Source: a bacterium
GTDB taxonomy: Bacteria; Bacillota; Clostridia; Oscillospirales; Oscillospiraceae
Direction of reading: 5' to 3'
Assembly: GCA_963618015.1 (NCBI GenBank)
Contig: CAVEQS010000009.1
Span: 419-64,418, forward strand
Length of the DNA: 64,000 nt
The notes beneath the pieces were generated by a model, which was not told the origin of the DNA, ran no database searches, and saw only the letters and a program-made list of their open reading frames with translations. Below are positions 40,462 through 48,700 of the stretch, piece by piece. Position 1 is the first letter of the stretch. Each line of letters begins with the position of its first letter. Made by a program: the position numbers and the translations under genes.

Positions 40462-40708
40462 AACCGTACTCACGATCGACGGAATGGCTTGCGGAATGTG
40501 CGAAAGTCATGTGAATGACGCCATCCGCAACGCCCTCCGCGTGAAAAAAGTTACCTCGTCTCATGCAAAAGGCGAAACGGAGATCCTCTCCGAAGAGCCG
40601 CTGAGCGAAGAAGAGCTGCATCGTGTGCTTGATGGCACCGGGTACACGATCACAGCCGTTCGCTCGGAGCCTTATGAGAAGAAATTCTCTCTTTTTGGGA
40701 AAAAGTAA
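40454..40708 (+). CDS. Heavy-metal-associated (HMA) domain protein
   Basis: LTIDGMACGMCESHV metal-binding motif. 84 aa, overlapping the previous stop. Confidence 0.8.
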   Translation: MVKTVLTIDGMACGMCESHVNDAIRNALRVKKVTSSHAKGETEILSEEPLSEEELHRVLDGTGYTITAVRSEPYEKKFSLFGKK

Positions 40709-40718
40709 ATAAGGCGAG

Positions 40719-40756
40719 AACACCCCGATGGATTGCTCCATCGGGGTGTTTTCATA
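40719..40756 (+). terminator. Intrinsic terminator of the feo operon
   Basis: AACACCCCGATGG-attgct-CCATCGGGGTGTT followed by TTC. Confidence 0.7.
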
Positions 40757-40764
40757 CCTTATAG

Positions 40765-40894
40765 AGGCTCCCTTGTGTAAAGGGAGCTGTCAGCCGCCAG
40801 GCTGACTGAGGGATTGCAGTCATCGGAAAATGACAATCCCTCCGTCACGGCGCTATGCGCCGCGCCACCTCCCTTTACACAAGGGAGGCTTTTT
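40765..40894. repeat. Repeat cluster R11: <A2 spacer B2> (type-2 composite)
   Basis: AGGCTCCCTTgtgtAAAGGGAGCTGTCAGCCgccaGGCTGACTGAGGGATTG, a 16-nt spacer, then ACAATCCCTCCGTCACGGCGC..GCGCCGCGCCACCTCCCTTTacacAAGGGAGGCTTTTT. It ends 2 nt before the nucleotidyltransferase stop. Confidence 0.85.
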
Positions 40895-40896
40895 CA

Positions 40897-41805
40897 TCAT
40901 TCCCAAAGCTTCTTCGGGTACACGCCTTTCGCCTTCATCTCCGCCACGGCGGACTGGACGCGCGGGAGGTCTTCGCGGTACGTTACGCCGTACCACGTCT
41001 CCTCGCACGGCAGCACCTGCACGCGCGCGAGCCCGGCGTGCATCTCCTTATCCGCGACCCACGGCAGGAAATACTCGGCCTTGAGCGGATTTTTCGGCAG
41101 GATCTCGCGCACGAAATCCTCAAACCGCTCGTCGAAGGCGCGCATCATCCGCTTCCGGAAGCCCCAGAAGTTCATGGATACGAGCGTGTCGCCGGGGAGA
41201 TCGATGTACGTTTTTCCGTCGGTCGTGTAGGCGGCGTGGTCGCCGCGCTTTTCAATGTGCGTCCGCTCGGTGATCGAGGTGAGGAAGCCGTTCTCCGTTT
41301 CGCACACGCCGCGTGCAACGTAACCGTTTTCGGTCACGGTGTTGCGCATGCGGTAGCCGACCATGGCGTTCTCGCTCTCCGCCATCGGCTCGGAGAGGAA
41401 AGCGTACAGCGCGCGGAACGCGCCCGCACCATAGAAGTCATCGGCGTTGATGACGGCGAACGGGCCGTCGATCACGTTCCGGCACGCGCGCACGGCATGC
41501 GCCGTGCCCCACGGCTTCTCGCGCCCCTCGGGAACGGTAAACCATTCCGGCACGTCGTTTGGCGACTGGAACACATACTGCACGTCCATCCGGCTTTCCA
41601 CGTGGCTGCCGACGATGGCGCGGAAATCCGCCTCGCGTTCCTTTTTGATGACGAACACGACCTTGCGAAAGCCCGCCTGGTAGGCGTCGTACAGCGAGAA
41701 GTCCATGATGATCTCGCCGTTGTCGCCCACGGGTGTGATCTGCTTGAGCCCGCCGAAGCGGCTGCCCATACCGGCGGCCATGATGATAAGCGCAGGATTT
41801 TCCAT
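40897..41805 (-). CDS. Sugar-phosphate nucleotidyltransferase (NTP_transferase family)
   Basis: Start at MENPALIIMAAGMGSRFGG (G-x-G-S-R signature) behind GGAGGA. KPWGTAHAV, INADDFYG. The track's 71 extra N-terminal codons overlap the upstream gene. Confidence 0.85.
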   Translation of the reverse strand: MENPALIIMAAGMGSRFGGLKQITPVGDNGEIIMDFSLYDAYQAGFRKVVFVIKKEREADFRAIVGSHVESRMDVQYVFQSPNDVPEWFTVPEGREKPWGTAHAVRACRNVIDGPFAVINADDFYGAGAFRALYAFLSEPMAESENAMVGYRMRNTVTENGYVARGVCETENGFLTSITERTHIEKRGDHAAYTTDGKTYIDLPGDTLVSMNFWGFRKRMMRAFDERFEDFVREILPKNPLKAEYFLPWVADKEMHAGLARVQVLPCEETWYGVTYREDLPRVQSAVAEMKAKGVYPKKLWE

Positions 41806-41893
41806 AGAGGGTTCCTCCGAAAAATTTTTACATTGTAAGACCCGCCGGGATATCCCGGCGGGTCGGGTTTTGTCAGAAGGGGTTATCCGCGTC

Positions 41894-43063
41894 TCAGAGA
41901 AGCAGGGACTTCTCGGTCTCGCGGTCGAAGAGGTGGATGCTGTCCTCGTGCAGTTCGAGAGCGACCTGCTGGCCGTAAGACGGGATGGCGTCCAGCTCGA
42001 GCGTCGGCACGATGACAACGGCGTCGTGGCCGGCGGCGGTGAGGTGCAGATGCACGCTGGAGCCCATCATCTCGGACACGTCCACGCGCGCGGGGATGCC
42101 GCCGTTCTTCGCGAGCACGATGTGCTCCGGACGGATGCCGAGCGTCACGGGGCCGGACTTCACATCGTTGCGCAGAAGCGCTGCCTGCTTATCCTCGGTG
42201 AGGTTGACCTGCTCGCCGCAGACCTCCACGGTGTACTTGTCGCCGTCGCGCTTGAGCTCGGCGTCGAAGAAGTTCATCTGCGGCGTGCCGATGAACCCGG
42301 CGACGAACAGGTTGGCGGGCTTATCGAACACTTCCTGCGGCGTGCCGATCTGCTGGATGAAGCCGTCGCGCATGATGACGATGCGGTCGCCAAGCGTCAT
42401 GGCCTCGGTCTGGTCGTGGGTGACGTAGATGAACGTGGTGTCGATCTTGTCGCGCAGCTTGATGATCTCGGCGCGCATCTGGTTGCGGAGCTTGGCGTCG
42501 AGGTTGGAGAGCGGCTCGTCCATGAGGAACACCTTGGGGCTGCGCACGATGGCGCGGCCGATGGCGACGCGCTGGCGCTGGCCGCCGGAGAGCGCCTTCG
42601 GCTTGCGGTCGAGCAGGGCGGTGATGTCCAGAATTTCCGCGGCCTCGCGGACCTTCTTGTCGATCTCGGCCTTCGGGAGCTTTTTGAGCTTGAGCGAGAA
42701 CGCCATGTTCTCGTAAACGGTCATGTGGGGGTAAAGAGCGTAGTTCTGGAATACCATGGCGATGTCGCGGTCCTTGGGGGCGACGTCGTTCATACGCTTG
42801 CCGTCGATGAAAAGATCGCCCGAGGTGATCTCCTCGAGACCGGCGATCATGCGCAGCGTCGTGGACTTGCCGCAGCCGGACGGGCCGACGAGCACGATGA
42901 ATTCCCGGTCGGCGATGTCCAGCGAGAACTGCTGCACCGCAACGACACCCTCATCGGTGATCTGCAGATTGTGCTTCTTCTCGGGGGCTTCGCCCTTTTT
43001 CTTCTTCGTGCCGCCCTGATTGGGATAGATTTTTTTGATGTCTACCAGACGTACTTCTGCCAT
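41894..43063 (-). CDS. Orphan sugar ABC transporter ATP-binding protein (MalK/MsmK/MsiK type)
   Basis: Walker [35 protein letters not shown], plus a C-terminal MalK-type regulatory domain. No permease or binding protein adjacent. Start at MAEVRLVDIKK (43063). Confidence 0.9.
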   Translation of the reverse strand: MAEVRLVDIKKIYPNQGGTKKKKGEAPEKKHNLQITDEGVVAVQQFSLDIADREFIVLVGPSGCGKSTTLRMIAGLEEITSGDLFIDGKRMNDVAPKDRDIAMVFQNYALYPHMTVYENMAFSLKLKKLPKAEIDKKVREAAEILDITALLDRKPKALSGGQRQRVAIGRAIVRSPKVFLMDEPLSNLDAKLRNQMRAEIIKLRDKIDTTFIYVTHDQTEAMTLGDRIVIMRDGFIQQIGTPQEVFDKPANLFVAGFIGTPQMNFFDAELKRDGDKYTVEVCGEQVNLTEDKQAALLRNDVKSGPVTLGIRPEHIVLAKNGGIPARVDVSEMMGSSVHLHLTAAGHDAVVIVPTLELDAIPSYGQQVALELHEDSIHLFDRETEKSLLL

Positions 43064-43250
43064 GCGTACCGATCCTGATCTGAGAGCCTCCGCTTGCTCA
43101 GACCTTACCTCCGCCGAATATGTACGGAGGCTATACGGCAGGTCTCCACACTGCCGCACCGCGGATCCTGCGGGGAAAACAAACTCCTTTCATCGAACCG
43201 CGCACCGCTCGTAAGGTGGAGAGCGGAGGCGATCCGGTTATTGTATCTAA
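43064..43250 (-). promoter_or_regulatory. Long structured 5' leader of the orphan ATPase gene (candidate cis-regulatory RNA)
   Basis: In minus-strand reading, the 5' segment ACCGGATCGCCTCCGCT can pair with AGCGGAGGC...GATCGGT just before the ATG. This encloses three local hairpins (CCGC/GCGG, GGCAG/CTGCC, CCTCCG/CGGAGG). A TTGGAA...TGGTAGATT promoter-like sequence lies upstream, at about 43255..43285. Confidence 0.3.
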
Positions 43251-43304
43251 TCTACCATAAAACCGTTTCCAACGCAACCCCCACTATGGCATTTCGCCAA
43301 AACT

Positions 43305-44486
43305 TTACCTGGTTTTTGCCTGCATGGCGCGCAGCACCTCGCCGATCCGGTGCGCGACGGCGATGAAGTCCGCTTCGGTATACCCTTTCGTCGTCATCGC
43401 GGCGGTGCCGATGCGCACGCCGGAGGTCTGCTGGGGGCTTCTCGTCTCGTTCGGGACGCAGTTTTTGTTGAGCGTGATGCCGTGGCGGTCGAGCTCGTCC
43501 TGTACTGCTTTGCCGGTGAGACCCGTTTTTGTGAGATCGAGGAGGAACAGATGGTTGTCCGTGCCGCCGGTCACAACGTCGTAGCCCATTTTCAGGAACT
43601 CTTCGCACATCGCGCGGCAGTTGCGCACCACGGCGTGGATGTATTCGCGGTATTCGTCCGTGCAGGCCTCCTCGGCGGCGACGGCCTTGCCAGCGATCAC
43701 GTGCTCGAGCGGCCCGCCCTGCGTGCCGGGGAACACGGCGCTGTCCACCGTCTTCGCAAGCTCCGGCCGGCAGAAGATCATGCCGCCGCGCGGCCCGCGC
43801 AGCGTTTTGTGCGTCGTGGTCGTGATGATATCGGCGAGACCGAACGGCGACGGATGATCCCCCGCCGCAATGAGCCCCGCGATATGCGCCATATCCACCA
43901 TAAAGTATGCGCCGGCGCTCTTCGCGATGTCCGCAAAGCGTGCAAAGTCAATGACGCGGCTGTAGGCCGAGGCGCCTGCGAGAATGAGCTTTGGCTTATA
44001 TTCGGCAGCTTTGCGCTCCACGTCCGCGAAATCAATGAAGCCCTGATCGTCCACATCGTAGAATTTCATGTCGTAGAGCTTGCCGCTGAAGTTGACGGCA
44101 GAGCCGTGCGTGAGATGCCCGCCGTTATTCAGCGACATGGCGAGGATCGTGTCGCCCGGCTGCAGCACGCTCATATACGCCGCGAGATTGGCGTTCGAGC
44201 CGCTGTGCGGCTGGACGTTTACGTGGTAGTCGGTCGCAAATACCTTTTTCCACATCGCGCAGCAGTATTCCTCGAGCTCGTTCACGATCTCGCAGCCGCC
44301 GTAGTAGCGCCCGCGGTTTCCGGAAACGCGCTCGGCAGGGTAGCCCTCGGCGTACTTGTTCGTAAGGCACGAGCCGACGGCGCGAAGGACCGCGTCGCTC
44401 ACGAAGTTCTCGCTCGCGATCAGCTCCACGGTCGCGTCCTGCCGCGCCTTCTCGCGGGCGATATAATCAAATACTTTGGATTCCAT
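43305..44486 (-). CDS. glyA: Serine hydroxymethyltransferase
   Basis: VELIASENF, PLP-lysine motif TTTTHKTLRGPRGG; 393 aa. Confidence 0.95.
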   Translation of the reverse strand: MESKVFDYIAREKARQDATVELIASENFVSDAVLRAVGSCLTNKYAEGYPAERVSGNRGRYYGGCEIVNELEEYCCAMWKKVFATDYHVNVQPHSGSNANLAAYMSVLQPGDTILAMSLNNGGHLTHGSAVNFSGKLYDMKFYDVDDQGFIDFADVERKAAEYKPKLILAGASAYSRVIDFARFADIAKSAGAYFMVDMAHIAGLIAAGDHPSPFGLADIITTTTHKTLRGPRGGMIFCRPELAKTVDSAVFPGTQGGPLEHVIAGKAVAAEEACTDEYREYIHAVVRNCRAMCEEFLKMGYDVVTGGTDNHLFLLDLTKTGLTGKAVQDELDRHGITLNKNCVPNETRSPQQTSGVRIGTAAMTTKGYTEADFIAVAHRIGEVLRAMQAKTR

Positions 44487-44502
44487 ACTTTTTTCTCCTT
44501 AT

Positions 44503-44537
44503 AAAAAACCCTGCGCCGCACATGTGCATGCGCAGGG
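44503..44537 (-). terminator. Intrinsic-terminator-like hairpin 17 nt upstream of the glyA start
   Basis: The minus strand reads CCCTGCGC-atgcacatgtgcg-GCGCAGGG followed by TTTTTT, then ATAAGGAGAAAAAAGT-ATG. Confidence 0.6.
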
Positions 44538-44552
44538 ACGATCCGGCGGGGC

Positions 44553-44678
44553 AAACCCCTCCGTCAAAAACTTCGTTTTTGCCACCTCCCCTGTTAGGGG
44601 AGGCAAGCCGGTATTCTGCAAATCTCCTTGGCTCCCCTAATAGGGGAGCTGGCTCGCCATAGGCGAGACTGAGGGGTT
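44553..44678. repeat. Repeat cluster R12: B1> spacer <A1 (type-1 composite)
   Basis: AAACCCCTCCGTCAAAAACttcGTTTTTGCCACCTCCCCTgttAGGGGAGGCAAG, spacer, CTTGGCTCCCCTaatAGGGGAGCTGGCTCGCCataGGCGAGACTGAGGGGTT. The terminus runs into the galE stop codon (TCA on +). Confidence 0.85.
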
Positions 44679-45703
44679 CATTCCCCGTCCGCCGCAAACC
44701 CGTTCGGGTTTTTGCTCTGCCAGTTCCAGCTGTCGCGGCACATATCCTCGAGCGAATACTCCGCCTTCCAGCCGAGCTCCCGCTCGGCCTTGCTCGGATC
44801 GCAGTACACCTCGGCAACGTCCCCGGCGCGGCGCGGCGCAATGACATAGGGGATGTGTTTCCCTGTTGCTGCCTCAAAGGCGTGCACCATGTCGAGCACG
44901 CTGTAGCCGTGGCCGGTGCCGAGATTGAAGATATGGACGCCGGGGTGCTCCGCCATATAGTCCATCGCCGCAACATGGCCGCGCGCGAGATCGACAACGT
45001 GCAGATAGTCGCGCACGCCCGTGCCGTCCGGCGTGGGATAGTCGTCGCCGAATACGCTGAGCTTCTCGCGCCGCCCGGCGGCGGTCTGCGAAATATACGG
45101 CATCAGGTTGTTCGGGATGCCGCGCGGGTCCTCGCCGATGAGGCCGCTCGGATGCGCGCCGACGGGGTTGAAGTACCGCAGCAGCATGACCGTCCACTCG
45201 CTGTCGGCCTTCGCCGTGTCGGTGAGGATCTGCTCGCTCATGTACTTCGTCCAGCCGTAGGGGTTCGTGCAGCCGCCGGTGCGGGCGCTCTCGTCCACGG
45301 GCATGGCGTTGTCCGGCGAATACACCGTCGCGGACGAGGAGAAGAGAATTTTCTTCACGCCGTGCGCTGCCATCGTCTGGCAGAGATGGATGGTGGTGCC
45401 GAGATTGTTGTTATAGTACCGCAGCGGCTGCTGCACCGACTCCCCCACCGCCTTGAGCCCGGCAAAGTGGAGCACGCAGTCAAACTGGTGCGTATCGAAA
45501 AGCTCATTGAGTGCCGCGCGGTTTAAAAGATCCATTTCGTGAAATTCGAGCGTCTTTCCGGTGATGCGCTCCACACGCCGCAGACACTCCGCATTGGAGT
45601 TTACGAGATTATCCACCACAACGACCGAATGCCCCGCGTTCAGAAGCTCCACGCAGGCGTGGCTGCCGATGTATCCGGCGCCGCCGGTTACGAGAACGTT
45701 CAT
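44678..45703 (-). CDS. galE: UDP-glucose 4-epimerase
   Basis: [15 protein letters not shown] Rossmann motif, PYGWTKYM (YxxxK), 341 aa. Start at 45703. Confidence 0.93.
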   Translation of the reverse strand: MNVLVTGGAGYIGSHACVELLNAGHSVVVVDNLVNSNAECLRRVERITGKTLEFHEMDLLNRAALNELFDTHQFDCVLHFAGLKAVGESVQQPLRYYNNNLGTTIHLCQTMAAHGVKKILFSSSATVYSPDNAMPVDESARTGGCTNPYGWTKYMSEQILTDTAKADSEWTVMLLRYFNPVGAHPSGLIGEDPRGIPNNLMPYISQTAAGRREKLSVFGDDYPTPDGTGVRDYLHVVDLARGHVAAMDYMAEHPGVHIFNLGTGHGYSVLDMVHAFEAATGKHIPYVIAPRRAGDVAEVYCDPSKAERELGWKAEYSLEDMCRDSWNWQSKNPNGFAADGE

Positions 45704-45746
45704 GAAAACGACCTCCTTTAGTATCATAAAATGTCATCTTATTCTA

Positions 45747-45780
45747 ACCGAAAACCCCTGCTCTTTCAAGAGCAGGGGTT
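45747..45780 (-). terminator. Intrinsic terminator of the RND gene
   Basis: The minus strand reads AACCCCTGCTC-ttgaaa-GAGCAGGGGTT followed by TTCGGTT. Confidence 0.7.
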
Positions 45781-45792
45781 TCCAAACCGGAT

Positions 45793-48700
45793 TTATTTTT
45801 CGCTGAGCTCGAGATCGGCCTCGTCCACGTGGTAGAGCTCCTTTTTGGAGAGCGCGTCGTACATGACGGGCACAACATAGAGCGTCATAAGCGTGGCGTA
45901 CAGCAGTCCGCCGATGCACGTTACGGCGAGCGGCTGGATGAGCGACGTTGCCTCGCTCTGGCCGAGCGCCATGACGATAAGGCCGAGGATCGTCGTGATG
46001 CTCGTCATGAGGATCGGGCGCAGACGGGTGACGGCGGCGTCCGCGATCGCCTCGCGCCGCTCCATGCCGCCGATGCGCAGCTGGTTGATATAGTCCACGA
46101 GCACGATGCCGTTATTGACGATGATGCCGACGAGCATGATCATGCCGAGCATCGAGAGCAGGTTGATATCCAGCCCCGCGATGAGCAGCGCGAGGAAGCC
46201 GCCGGTGAACGCGAGCGGGATCGTGAACATGACGATGAACGGCGATTTGAGATCCTGGAACTGCGCGACCATCACGAGATACACGAGCAGAATGCCGACC
46301 GCGAGCATAAGGATCAGCTGCCTGAGCGCTTCCACGATGGATTCGCGCTCGCCGGTGAAGCTGACGGCCGCGCCGTCCGCCGGGGTGAACGAGGCGAGCG
46401 CCTCCTCGGCGGAATTCGTCACGAGCGTTACGTTGTACCCCTCCGAGATATCGGCGGTCACGTCGATATACCGGCGCTGGTTGAGGCGGTGGATGCTCGA
46501 AAGGCTCTCGGTCTCCTCGACTGTGGCAATATCCTTCAAAGCGACGGAGTGCACCGTGCCGTCCTTCGCCGTCACATCGAACGTGAGCGAGCGGACGTAC
46601 TCGGGCGTGATCGTATCCTTTCCGGCGGTCTGCACGCTGACGGCATAGGTGTCGCCGCCGTCCGAGAGCTCAATGAGATCGGCCGAGCCGGTGAGTGCCG
46701 AGGCCACCTGCATATACACCTGCGCCACGGTGAGCTGTTCCTTCGCCGCCTTTTCCTTGTCTACGGTGAAGTGCAGCTCGGCGGTGGGCTCCTCCTCCCC
46801 GGCGGCAACGTTTTCCGTGCCCTCCACGCCGCGCAGTACCTCGGCCACGGCGTCGGCGGTCTCGCGAAGATCGTCCAGGTCGTTCGAGTATACGCGCACC
46901 GTGATGCCGCTGCTCGTGAGCATCTGCGTCATCGAGGACATGAGGGAGTTCGCGTCCGCGTTCACATCCGCGTCCATATCGGCGCAGGCTTCGTTGATCT
47001 CTTTCGCGACGCGGCTCGCCTTATACCCCTTTTCGAGCAGGACATAGAACGAAACGTCGCCGTCGGAGGCCATGAACGAAAGGCTTCCGGCGCTGTCGCC
47101 GATGGCACCGCCGACGGTCTCAACGCCCGGCACGGTGAGCATACGGTTAGCCGCCTCGTCCGCCGCGGCGGTCGTGTCGGCAAAGGAGCTGCCCTCCGGC
47201 ATCGTGAGCGTTACCATCATCTGCTCCATCTCCATATCGGGGAGGAACGTGAAGCCCTTCGTGAGCACCGCCGCGCCGCTTGCAATGAGCAGCGCTACGG
47301 CGGTGAGGAGCGTGACGGCCTTGTGGTTCACCGCCCAGAGGACGGACTTTCTGTATTTCGGCATGAAGCGCGTGAACGCCGTTTCGCTCTGGGGCTTTGC
47401 GTGCGCAAGGAGCTTGCCCGCAAGCGCGGGGACGAGCGTGAGCGCTACGATGAGACTGGCGATGAGCGCGTAGCTGAGCGTGAGCACCATGTCGGTGAAG
47501 AGCTCACGCGTAAGCCCTTCCACGAACGCGATGGGGATAAAGACGCAGATCGTCGTGAGCGTGGAGGCCGCGATCGCGCCGCCGACCTGCCGTGCGCCGG
47601 ACACGGTGGACTTGACCGTCGATTCGCCGAGCGCACGCAGGCGGTACGTATTTTCGATGACGACGACGGAGTTATCCACCAGCATGCCGACCGATATTGA
47701 GAGACCGGAAAGTGACATGATGTTGATGGAGACGCCGGTGAAGTACATGAGCGTGAACGCAAAGAGCAGGCTGATCGGGATCGAGCAGAGCGTGATGACC
47801 GTCGGCCGCCAGTCGCGCAAAAAGAGGAAGAGGATGATGACCGAGAACAGCGCGCCCCAGAGAAGGCTGGAGAGAATGGAGTCGCGCAGAAGGTAAATAT
47901 AGTCGCCCTGATCCATGAGCGCGGTGAACGTGAGCCCCGGATACTCCGCGCTCAGCTCCTCAAACGCGGCGCGGATGTTATCAGACACCTTCGCCGTCGC
48001 GTAGTTCGACTGCTTGGAGAACATGAGGATGAGCCCGTTGTTGCCGTTGAGCGAGGCATAGATCTCTCCGGCGTTGTCGGCGCGGACAACGTCCGCCACG
48101 TCGCACACGCGGATGGGGTCAAGCCCCTCGATGCCGAGATCGAGCAGCACAAGATTTTCGAGATCGTCGCCGTCCTGGATGGCGTCGCCGACGGTGACGA
48201 TGATGCCGTTGCCGTTCTCGTCGTACACATACCCCGCGGGCATGTCGAGATTCTGCGCGGCAATGAGACTGCTCACCGTTTCGAGCGTCATGACGCCGTG
48301 GAGATCGGCGGCGTCGAGTGCGGAGGCGAGCTGATCCTCGAGCGTCTGCACCGCCGCATCGAGCTGCGTCTGCGCGCTCGTGAGCGCGGTCTGCGCCGCG
48401 GCGAGCTGGCCGCCCGCGAGCGAGATCTGCGTCACGCCGCCCATGAGCTCGCCCGGCAGCTCTTCGAGCTGCTTCTGCAGATTTTCGAGCGACTCCATCT
48501 GCTTTTTCGCGTCGGCCTCCAGCGCGGCATAATTCTCCTCCGCCGCGGCGATCTGCGTGCGAAGCTCTTCGACCTGCACGCGCGCTGTCTCCACCGCAAC
48601 GGCCTGCGCCGCGCGGGCGGTGCGCTGCGCGGAGAGATTTACTTCGTTGAGATTATTCATCGTGCGGACGCTGCCGAGATCGGTGCAGCCCTTGGCGTTG

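Noticed and set aside
43180-43215. tRNA-like GGTTCGAT sequence on the minus strand.
   Set aside because: There is no matching T-stem, acceptor stem or anticodon arm around it. It is part of the structured leader of the ATPase gene.
44487-44552. ZTP (pfl) or THF riboswitch upstream of glyA.
   Set aside because: The characteristic conserved segments were not recognisable (e.g. the GGGTCGTGACTGGCG-type 5' domain and the CCGCCTGGGC pseudoknot element of ZTP). The region is explained by repeat R12 plus a simple hairpin.
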